Virus record (IMG/VR): IMGVR_UViG_3300033067_000628
Coordinates: 9,705 to 73,704 of that record
Strand: one strand, 5' to 3'
From: a virus
Lineage: Duplodnaviria; Caudoviricetes
Length of the DNA: 64,000 bases
The notes below the pieces were generated by a model, which was given only the letters and a program-made list of their open reading frames with translations, searched no databases and was not told where the DNA came from. The translations under genes and the position numbers were made by a program. Position 1 is the stretch's first letter; each line of letters starts with the position of its first letter. Positions 28,419 through 38,100 of the stretch are shown piece after piece.

Positions 28419-31400
28419 TATTTCTTATCTATCCCCAAAGAGCGTAGGGCTGTTTGTTGTGCTATCGGGCTCTTGTCACCGAAGATACCAGCAATATAAT
28501 TAGTCCAGTTATCTATACCAGTAATTAGATCTTGGTATCCCCATTGTATTTTAGAGGTTAAAGACCAATAAGAATTTTCCTGCCCATTGAGTCCTGCTTC
28601 AAAAGGGACACCTTTAAACATCAAAGGACTAATAAGAACCGGAGTCGTAAGATCTGCTACACCAGCATTCATATAGAAGTACCTAGTAAAGGCACCAGCT
28701 GCTATATCTGCAGTCTGGGTATACTGGAATGCTTTGAATGTAGTAAAGCCGTTAGTAGCCAAGATCTGACCAAGGGTACGAAGCTTAGCAGTAGTAAGCT
28801 GTTCTGTTGCTAACTTCTGGGCAAGTTTCTCGCCTATCTTTGTTTGAACACCCTTAGATACGAATGGCAGAATACTACGCTCTAAGGCAAACTGACCAGC
28901 CTTACCAGCAGCAGCACCAGCAAGACTAAAGGAAGCACCAAGTGTTGGTATAGCTGTCATAACAACAAGGCCCCACAGTGTGTAGTCTATTATAGAATAG
29001 ATCTTGTCCATTCTATTATTAAACACAGCCACCTGCATCATAGAGTTGCCCGGGTTAGCATGGCACAGAGCATGAGGTATAATGTTAGTTACCCACCCGG
29101 CGCTTACGCTATAGTGATGTACAACATTCTCAACCTCAATAGGGCCATTCATGTCAATATACTTATCATCAAGATAGATAACGTCCCATGGCTTGATAGC
29201 TCTACCTGTAAGCAAGATGTTATTACGATACATAGGACGTATCTGCTTAGCCATTATATTTGTAGCAACCTTAGCAGCTTGATCTCTACGTCTAACGTTC
29301 AAGTCAGTATGGACATACATCTTCTTATTCTCAAGAGAGATATGTTCATTAAACTGGAAGCCCATGTGGTCTGTCTCTTGCTTAGTAGGGAAGATAGTCC
29401 ACTCAACATCTTCTACTACACTCTCATCATAGTCTCCTTGGAATAAGCCGACCTTATACCAGGTATCATTATCAGTAGTAATAGAAGCTGGGTATCTAAC
29501 CAAAATAGTATTGCTCATCTCACGGACTGATGCACCTATATTGTTCTTAATGATATCGACACCACTAGAGATATAATGATAATCCCTAAATGGTTTCATA
29601 TTAAGAGCTGGTGGGAATTGACCAAAGCCACTATTCTTAATATCGCTAATACGATCCTTAACATTGATATCAATAGCAGAAGCCTGAATGTACTCTCTGA
29701 AGAAGTGCACATATGCTCTGAAGTATACCAATGAATCTATTATATAGTTGACAATATCGTCCTTCAAGAAGAATGATATGTTATGTATATCAAGGTGTAG
29801 CCTATTAGCCATTGCCTGGAAGATAGGATCGAAGACAGTTTGAATATTGACTGCATCGCCAACAGATGATATAGACTTAGATATAGAACCTAAGTTAAAC
29901 TTAGCTTGATTAAGCAGGAAGTTAAATCCATCTCTAGTCTTAAGCTTAGCAACAATCTCTTCTTGAGTCTTGCCAAGCTGTGCCAGTATAGATGGATACG
30001 CAGCAACTGCTTCAGTTAGTGCAGCAATAAAACGATCTGCCTTATTACGTTGCTCAAAGTTTAAACCACCTTGGAAGGTAAGGCCTTCAAAGAATTCTGA
30101 CACATCATCTATAAAGCTAGACTTCTGTGTAAAGCCTACAGAGGTTAGCGTTGTAACTGGTTCATATGTATTGAATACCATATCAGCTACAAGCCCATCA
30201 TTTAGATTATCTAGTAAAGACTTAGCGGCAGTAGAATCTATATTGGCTCTAGTAAAGATCTCATTACCACGATCGACATTGTCTAATGGTGTAATGCTTT
30301 CAATGAGAGATATTCTAAACTTATTAAGCTCTTGATTAGGCAATGGGCCTGTTATTGTATCTATAGTATCCATCAAAGGAGAGAAGTTCTTAGATAGATA
30401 GTCTGTAGAGAACCCATAGAACGAGGCTATCATTAGATAAGCAGCCTTGTCTTTATTACCTAAGACATTGGATATGTAATCCATATCGTCTTTAAATGAC
30501 CTAGCGTAGTTGGCTTTAATAGCCACCGCACCACCAACTCCTTCTGTAATAGAAGCATAGCTACTGGTATTTACATTTGGATGCACAAGAAGCTTGTACC
30601 CTAGATAAGAGAATCCTTCAGGATCGATTGTAACTAAATTGCCAGCCTTCTTATTTTTGACAATCAATGGCTGAGTTATAAAGTCTTGATCTTTTGAAAC
30701 TGTAACTATATTAGGGTCACCAAGAATCAAGTCCATAGAGTTATTACCAAAGTAATAACTAGAAACGAAACCATCAAAGACCCTTTGGAAATCTTCTACG
30801 ACTTCCTTCTCTTCTTTTGCTAGGACTTTTCTATACTCATAGTTTCTCTTAGGAGATCCTTTAGTGAAGTAATACAACTGGTCAGGCTTCCCATAGAATA
30901 AAGTAGCTTCACCGTCATAAGGAACTACTTGACATATATAGTCCCATGTGTAGTTTGTTGTATTGGCTAACAGATCCCAAGCTGGCTGTAGCGGTATTAC
31001 CCAGCTACGAGCTTCCCATCCTGTAGTGTCAACATCTGCTATTGGATTGAACCGTGACTTGTTAACATCGGGTACCCATATATTCTTTAGACGTAAGTCA
31101 ACACCAGCTTTACGGTTACCTAAGAAGTTCCAAGTACCAGCTAGTGTCAAACCTTCACCACCAGCATAACCAGATTCACCACCGAGTGTACCGTATTGGT
31201 TCTGTATAGACTTAGTAAGTGCACCGTCTAGTGCAACGTTTGCAGATACCTTTAGGAGCTCATTAGTTTCTTCTTGTGATAGTACCTGTCCCATACCGGC
31301 AGGATTGGCATCACGTATAGTTCTAACTACCAAGTCTTTGACAGAGCTATTCTCTATGCTGCGTAGTTCAAATGATACTTGTTTACCAAGTAGCTCTGCC

Positions 31401-34400
31401 TTCCAGCCTTGTGCTACAACAGTCACAACATCACCATAGATGACTTCAGCCACACGACCAGTAAAGACAATGTCAAGGTTCTCAGCATCAGCAGAATAGC
31501 CTGCACGTATCTGAATCTTCCTACCTTGCTTTAGCTCTAGTCTAGACAAGAAGTTATTAGAGGTAAGATCATCACCAGAGTTTGGAAGCACTAAGCCATT
31601 AACTTGGCCTTTATTCCAGCTAATCTTGTCACTGAAAGAAGAAGCCTGTAGAAGCTGTAGCGGATCAGCTATTCTAATAGTAGCTAAGTCAGCATCGTTT
31701 TTGTCAGACATAATGTCAATAGACTCTATAGCATTATAGCCATAGAAGTTATCTCTGACAAATATTCTATCTCCAGAGTTATACTCTATTAGATATAGCT
31801 TAAAGACAGGGAATGCTCTAATCATATCATGACGAAGGTCAGACAAGCTCTGTGTAATCTTCAGCATAGTATTCTGAGATTCACCATATACAGAGTTAGA
31901 TATTGTGACACCATCATCAAGACCAGCAGCGGCTTTAGTGATAGCATCTGTCATTACCTGGTCCCAAGTCTTACCAGATATTTGTGCAGACAGATTGATT
32001 GCTGTTCTAAATACAGCGCCACCTTGCAGTCCGTGGTTTCTCTTATAGGTAGCAACCTCTTTACCAAGGTGAGTAGTCTGAAAGATAGGAGTATTAAATG
32101 ACAGGGTATCAAGTCCATATGCATAAGATAGGAACTTAGTCTTCTCAGATCCATTACGCTTTAGTATTTGGACGAGCTCTGTGTCACTCATCTCATTGTA
32201 TATACCATTAGAGTAAGTCTTCTTAGCTTGCCTAAAGGCAGCTATGCTAAGGTCCTCACCTGCTTTACGAACAACTTCATTATTGAATACAGTGTTGTTA
32301 CGTATATAGCTAGGCATGCGTTCTATAATAGAAGCAAGAGTAAGCTGGTCTATTTTCTTGATAGACTCTACTGTCTTCTCTGTTACTTCATACTGACCAG
32401 AAGAATTTAATTCAGTAACTCTAGACTTAAGCTCACCATTAAGTCTACCAGCTTCTGTAACTAAATATTCTACGTCATACGGTATATTGATAGTAACACT
32501 ATCAAGCTGTGCAAACCATTCACTATACTCTTTACTTAGGTTGTTTCTAAGGTCTTCCAGTTCTCGCTCTCTATAGAAGAAGACAGCAGGAGATACAGGG
32601 GAGTTGGCCTTAGTGATTAACTCTAGCTGTGCACGTTGTACGTTATTATCCTTGAGAGATTCAGTAGGATCGTTAGAGTAGTCAGCAATATTAGGATTGA
32701 TTATACCATAGTCATGATAGGTATAGGCAAACAACTTCCAGTAGTCATCAGGGAAGTTAGGCTCTACAAGATCGAACAGCTCTTCGTATGTGATATAGAT
32801 AAAGTCAGGATAGCAAGTGGCTCTCTTCTTAGTTGTAGTAAGAGTGCCATCAGGTCCATAGGTAAGGGTATCGTCATTAGATCGACTCTTATCCAAGGCG
32901 CTGTTAGCATCCTTATTGATAATATCACCCTTGATTTCGATAGCACGTTCTAATGCATCAAAGGCATTAGCAACACTAAGTCTGCTATAGAGATAATCAG
33001 TTACTGGAACCTTACGCTTGTTTACTATAGTAGCAAATAAATGCTCAGCATATAGATTCTTTAATGTTACATCTCCATTGATTAGTTTATTATGGAGAAT
33101 AACATATAGGTCTCCTCTACTGAATTTGTTTGTAATCTTTTTGAATAGACCAAAGATTTGTTTCTTTTGTTCTTCGGTTACATTAGAGGAGAATACTAGC
33201 ATGCTGTTCATTAGCGCACCAGCTGTCTCATCATCTAATGTCATACCATTAAAAGTCTCTGAGTCTGCAACACCTAGTGAGACCAACTCTTTGAGTATAT
33301 CTAAACCTACAGAACCAAGCTGATCCAATGTAGGACCTATACCGATATTGGCAGACTGTACCTTACCACTAATAACCTTATCTTCAAGTATAGCCTTTAG
33401 GAACCTAGTAGCTACACCAAGCGGGTCTTCTACGAATGTACCTGTAGAGTCAGCACGTCCACCTTTAGAGTAGACATCTGGCTCTAGCAAAGCAGCGATC
33501 ATTGTATCAGGATTGAGTATACTGAACTGCTCATCATCAGCACCTTCACCATAAAATACAAACTGTGAATAGAAGTCATCTTTATTCTTTGAGTTCTCAA
33601 ACAGAGAAGCAAAGAAATCATGAGCAATAGTAACAGTAAGGCCATTGCTTAAGATAACAAACCCATAGTCAGTAAAGAAGTTCGGAGAAGTTTCTGCAAA
33701 GTTGATAGTAACATCTCTACCATTCGGTATCTCAGATACAGTAGAAGTTACAAAGCTCAACGGATAGAATAGCTTACCGCTATTAGATATCTTCTGATCT
33801 ATAGATAGATTATACTCTTGATCATTAAATAGATCTGTAACAATAGATCTTAGCTTCCATCCATTGAATCGTGTAGACCTATCTGATGCTCTGACAAAGA
33901 AGTCAGCAGCAGACTTATAGGTATTGATATCACGGAACATTTCAAGGTCATTAGTACGCAAGCTGATAGTTGCATTACCAGAAGACACGCCCATGTGCTG
34001 GGCAGTAGGATAAGACTCTCCCTGAAGACGCTTGAAAGAGAACTTGTTCCTAATAGAATATGACAACTGAGTTACAGAAGTGCCAGTACGGTCATCTTTA
34101 AAGATATCATTTTTAGGATTAAGGTTTAAGTCTACTAGCTTTTCATAAGCAACAAAGTACTTAAGCTGTAAGTCATCACCTTTAAATGACAAGGTCACAT
34201 CTGGTGTAACAAAGAAGTCTCTATAGTATCTATCCATGTACATAGTAATAGCTCTATTAAGCCAGAAAGCACGACGTGCATCCGGTGTAGCAGTGTTCTT
34301 AATAGATCTATACTGTAGAGAATTTCGTAGATAGTTTGAAACACTAATGCGCTTAAGTGTCAAGACTACTATTACAGAGTTAATAAAATCTGGATGGCTA

Positions 34401-35191
34401 GATGCTTGTATGCCAACGAAAGCAACAGGAACGTGGCCTGTATTGTCATAGTTCTTTATACCATCAGCTAAAGTAGCTTCAGTAGCAAGTCTAGAATCTA
34501 AGTTGGCAACATCAGAAGTTTGAATAGCTAGCTTACGTGCTAAGTTAGCTTGCCATTCGTCATAGGTACTTTCTTTAATATCAGCTCCATAAGACTTAGC
34601 TAAGTTAAAGTCTTCAGGACCAATTGGACCAACGCCACCAATGACTTCACGTATCTCTTGGTTGGCTTGAGCTATAATAGATTCATTAGCAACTCGTATA
34701 GACTTTTCAATCAAAGCCTTATCAGGAGACTTAGCATTGTTCTCTGTGAACTTATTATACAGAGCATCATTAATTACATTATTCTGAACAGATGTAATAG
34801 GAGATACTCTAAAGAGCGCTATTAAAGGGAGCAGACCTTTCTTGATATGCTCAGTGCCACTGAATAGCATTGTGACTTGTATGTCAGCATAACCAGTACC
34901 ATCATCGGTCAAGAAGTCTGTACTTGTTCTAGCACCTTGTACGGCTATGACAGCCTTACTTTCAAGTATCTTAATGTCCTGTACTTCACCACCGTATATG
35001 TGAGGACCTATCTTAAACTTAGTAGACTCAGTAGACTTAGAAGTATAGATATGTCTATTATACTTCCTAATGAGAGACTCTTCATCAAGACCAGATACAG
35101 TATTAGCGTTATCACTCTTTGGGTTCCAAAGGTAATTAACGAATGATGTTACATCTACATCAGATGTATCGTCAGTATATTCTAGAGTCAT
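28418..35191 (-). CDS. Giant multidomain baseplate hub protein (gp27/Mu gp44-like module plus tube-fold-like N-domains), 2257 aa
   Basis: Hub-type segment NAIESIDIMSDK...LKQGRKIQIRAGYS...VFTGRVAEVIYGDVVTVVAQG, and later GRAIKPWDVIYLDD...IEVENVVHHYSVSAGWVTNI. N-terminal FSFKRLQGESYPTAQHMG. Hydrophobic C-terminus. Confidence 0.7.
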   Translation of the reverse strand: MTLEYTDDTSDVDVTSFVNYLWNPKSDNANTVSGLDEESLIRKYNRHIYTSKSTESTKFKIGPHIYGGEVQDIKILESKAVIAVQGARTSTDFLTDDGTGYADIQVTMLFSGTEHIKKGLLPLIALFRVSPITSVQNNVINDALYNKFTENNAKSPDKALIEKSIRVANESIIAQANQEIREVIGGVGPIGPEDFNLAKSYGADIKESTYDEWQANLARKLAIQTSDVANLDSRLATEATLADGIKNYDNTGHVPVAFVGIQASSHPDFINSVIVVLTLKRISVSNYLRNSLQYRSIKNTATPDARRAFWLNRAITMYMDRYYRDFFVTPDVTLSFKGDDLQLKYFVAYEKLVDLNLNPKNDIFKDDRTGTSVTQLSYSIRNKFSFKRLQGESYPTAQHMGVSSGNATISLRTNDLEMFRDINTYKSAADFFVRASDRSTRFNGWKLRSIVTDLFNDQEYNLSIDQKISNSGKLFYPLSFVTSTVSEIPNGRDVTINFAETSPNFFTDYGFVILSNGLTVTIAHDFFASLFENSKNKDDFYSQFVFYGEGADDEQFSILNPDTMIAALLEPDVYSKGGRADSTGTFVEDPLGVATRFLKAILEDKVISGKVQSANIGIGPTLDQLGSVGLDILKELVSLGVADSETFNGMTLDDETAGALMNSMLVFSSNVTEEQKKQIFGLFKKITNKFSRGDLYVILHNKLINGDVTLKNLYAEHLFATIVNKRKVPVTDYLYSRLSVANAFDALERAIEIKGDIINKDANSALDKSRSNDDTLTYGPDGTLTTTKKRATCYPDFIYITYEELFDLVEPNFPDDYWKLFAYTYHDYGIINPNIADYSNDPTESLKDNNVQRAQLELITKANSPVSPAVFFYRERELEDLRNNLSKEYSEWFAQLDSVTINIPYDVEYLVTEAGRLNGELKSRVTELNSSGQYEVTEKTVESIKKIDQLTLASIIERMPSYIRNNTVFNNEVVRKAGEDLSIAAFRQAKKTYSNGIYNEMSDTELVQILKRNGSEKTKFLSYAYGLDTLSFNTPIFQTTHLGKEVATYKRNHGLQGGAVFRTAINLSAQISGKTWDQVMTDAITKAAAGLDDGVTISNSVYGESQNTMLKITQSLSDLRHDMIRAFPVFKLYLIEYNSGDRIFVRDNFYGYNAIESIDIMSDKNDADLATIRIADPLQLLQASSFSDKISWNKGQVNGLVLPNSGDDLTSNNFLSRLELKQGRKIQIRAGYSADAENLDIVFTGRVAEVIYGDVVTVVAQGWKAELLGKQVSFELRSIENSSVKDLVVRTIRDANPAGMGQVLSQEETNELLKVSANVALDGALTKSIQNQYGTLGGESGYAGGEGLTLAGTWNFLGNRKAGVDLRLKNIWVPDVNKSRFNPIADVDTTGWEARSWVIPLQPAWDLLANTTNYTWDYICQVVPYDGEATLFYGKPDQLYYFTKGSPKRNYEYRKVLAKEEKEVVEDFQRVFDGFVSSYYFGNNSMDLILGDPNIVTVSKDQDFITQPLIVKNKKAGNLVTIDPEGFSYLGYKLLVHPNVNTSSYASITEGVGGAVAIKANYARSFKDDMDYISNVLGNKDKAAYLMIASFYGFSTDYLSKNFSPLMDTIDTITGPLPNQELNKFRISLIESITPLDNVDRGNEIFTRANIDSTAAKSLLDNLNDGLVADMVFNTYEPVTTLTSVGFTQKSSFIDDVSEFFEGLTFQGGLNFEQRNKADRFIAALTEAVAAYPSILAQLGKTQEEIVAKLKTRDGFNFLLNQAKFNLGSISKSISSVGDAVNIQTVFDPIFQAMANRLHLDIHNISFFLKDDIVNYIIDSLVYFRAYVHFFREYIQASAIDINVKDRISDIKNSGFGQFPPALNMKPFRDYHYISSGVDIIKNNIGASVREMSNTILVRYPASITTDNDTWYKVGLFQGDYDESVVEDVEWTIFPTKQETDHMGFQFNEHISLENKKMYVHTDLNVRRRDQAAKVATNIMAKQIRPMYRNNILLTGRAIKPWDVIYLDDKYIDMNGPIEVENVVHHYSVSAGWVTNIIPHALCHANPGNSMMQVAVFNNRMDKIYSIIDYTLWGLVVMTAIPTLGASFSLAGAAAGKAGQFALERSILPFVSKGVQTKIGEKLAQKLATEQLTTAKLRTLGQILATNGFTTFKAFQYTQTADIAAGAFTRYFYMNAGVADLTTPVLISPLMFKGVPFEAGLNGQENSYWSLTSKIQWGYQDLITGIDNWTNYIAGIFGDKSPIAQQTALRSLGIDKK

Positions 35192-38100
35192 TAGTATAGG
35201 TCTCCCATGTCTGGGTGTGTAAAGTCACTGTTCTCATATGCGCTAGCTAGTCGATCTTGGACCCAGCCATTTCTATAAGTCCTGTCGTCCTGGATAGTTA
35301 TACTACCATAGTTAGGAGCATAGACAGATGTAGCTATTTCATCACGGATGTCTTGGGTATTGACAGAAGCATAGCTTGCATTAGTTTGAGTATAGCTTGC
35401 ACCTGGAGAGGCAACCCGAACAGTAGGAGGCCTCATGTTAATAGGATTGATATACGAGTTGTCATTCTCCTGAGTAACCATAGGCTCAGGAGGCAACGTA
35501 GTAGATCTCATTCTAAAGGCATTAGAAGACTTAAGTGATGGCCTGTCTAGTTCATCAGAAGTGAACATACTAGACAAGGCACGTAAGCCTACTACAGCAG
35601 CACCAACACCAGCTACTAGTTTCCAATTCTTCTTAAACCACTGCTTTGACTTGCCAGCTACTTCACTAGTAACTTCAGCAGCTTTACCTTCTACTTGAGC
35701 AGCCTTAGCCTTAACAGCTTCGTTAGCTTTAGCAATCTGGTCTTGCATAGAAACCCGGCTATCTCCCTTAAGGAGCTTAGCAGGATCAATACCTTCATGC
35801 TGGAACATCTCAGTTATCTTCTCTAGGTCACCAGGACCAGAGGTAGCTCTACGGTAGATATCAGGGAACGAGCTAGCATTCTTTAAGCCTTCAGGTGTAA
35901 AGATAGAAGCTCTCATGTGTGCCATAGCACCATAGATACGACCCACCTGTTGGCTCATTGTTTCGATAGCTTGTTCTGGTGTAGCTACTTTAGGACCATA
36001 GTAACGCAGCTTACCAACTTCATTCATCTTAGTGAAGAATCTTCTAGCAGAGCTAGTGGCTTCTTCAACTGCCATCTCTGGCGTATAGGCATCACCAAGC
36101 TTATCAATTTGTTGCTTGACTCTATAGCCTACACCAAGGTAGTCTTTAACTAGCATCTCAGCTAAGTCACCACCCTTTTGAATTGGTGCTTGCAGGATGT
36201 TATGTTGGAATAGGGATACGTTACGCATCAATACTTTCTTATCGATGCCACCATCTGATAAGATTTTTTGATACTTAAGTATGTCACTCTCTGTGAAGGA
36301 TTGCCCAATAGGGCGCTTCTTAAAGTTACCTTTGTTCTTTAATAGCTTGTTGAGATTATCAGCTATAGTCTTAGGATGAGCATCAGACATTAGCTCATGA
36401 GAGAAGCCGAAGGTAGGATACTCAACCATGTAAGACACAGCAGGAATCTTACCGAAGCTAAAGAACTTCATGGCATATTCCATCGTGTTCTGATGAGATA
36501 GCTTCTGCTCTTTCATGAAGTCAGTAAGCAACATATCCTTGCCACTCTTCTCAGCAGCAGCCTGTAGCTCTTTTTGGTAAGACTGATATTCTGCAGAAGC
36601 ACCTTTTATTTGTGCTTGGAAGAACTCATGCATAGCAGCATCATCTGCTTCACCATACTTCTTAGGATCCATCATTAGTTCGATAGTATCCTTGTCGTTG
36701 TCTCTATGCATTCTCCATGTCAAGAAAGAGCCAACCAAAGCACGGGGTTCATGCAGAGCATTAATGCCAGTCTTGGTTACTTGATCTTCTGCCATTGGAT
36801 CAAACACCATCTTAACAACGTTAACGTGACCACCACCGTGTGTAGGGTTAGGGTATGCTACGCCCCAGATAGGCTCACCAGCTAAGAACTTGTCAAGTGT
36901 TTCTTGTGCAGCCTTCTCAGTATAGCCAGATCTATTAGGCATCTTAGAGAAAGCTTGTCTAGCCATATTCTCGGATATACCAACAGTGAAGTCCTTCTCA
37001 GTCAAGTTAGATGCAGACTCCATAGCTTCTGATACAGTCATACCTTTAGGCATTGGTCTGACTCTCATGCCACCAGGCATTGAAGCTGAAGATAAAACGT
37101 TCTTCTTAAGGAAGCCTCCGCTCTTACCAGTTCTAGCGTACTCTCTATATACACCTTGAACATATTGTTCTAGTGTACCTTTAACTGTACCCTTTTCACC
37201 AGGCTCATTACCAAGTGCAGATATAGCACCTAGTGTCTTGTACTCTAACGTATCAGAGCCTATACTCTTAGGAAGACCTGGAGTTAGATTCTGTAATGAA
37301 GGTGCAAAGTTTTTACCAATAGCCGGGACTGGAAGATATTTAACCTTAGCAGCATTCTCTGGCATGCCTGGTTCTTTAACCTTACCAAGCAATGGAACAT
37401 GGACCTCTTCACCAAGGTCTATATAGAATCCCTTTTGCAGATGTTGAGGACGATTACGTGAGCTGAATAGTTTACTATTGCTAAGCTGTTCTTCTAAGAA
37501 AGTACCTCTAGTTAAGTCCATTGAAGTGGACAGATCGCCAAAGGTTTCCATTGCTTCTTTACGAGACAAGACAGGAAGGCCTGTAGCCTTAACGGCATCA
37601 TCTCCAAGTAGAGGAGCAGTGATCATCCTGAAGTGACTATCTTTAGCAACACTCAAAGAGTTACTAGTAATGAATCCAGTATCAAAGAAGTCTTTATCAA
37701 TATTGAAGCCAGTCTTATTCTGCCACCAGCTAGCCATACGCATAAAGATAGGATTGTCCTTTGGCTTGATACCAGTCAACGACTCCATACCAGATCCATA
37801 TCTCTTGATAAGGTCTAGTCTTACACGGAAGGCGTTTTGTTGCCGCATGATATCGTCTGTTTCAGCAGCACGTTCCCATAGAGAATCTATAAAGGTTCTA
37901 GCACCAGGAGTGATACCAGAATCAGAATAGCCTAATAGGCTAGCCATACCTTTCTCAGAAGGACTATCAGTTGTGTATCCCTTAATCTGTCTGCTAGTGA
38001 AGCCCATCTTTTTAAGAGCTACATCACTAACCTTTTCAAACTCTGGTATGAAGTCCATATCTTCATACGGAGTATTTGGTATTAGATACTCTAACCCATC

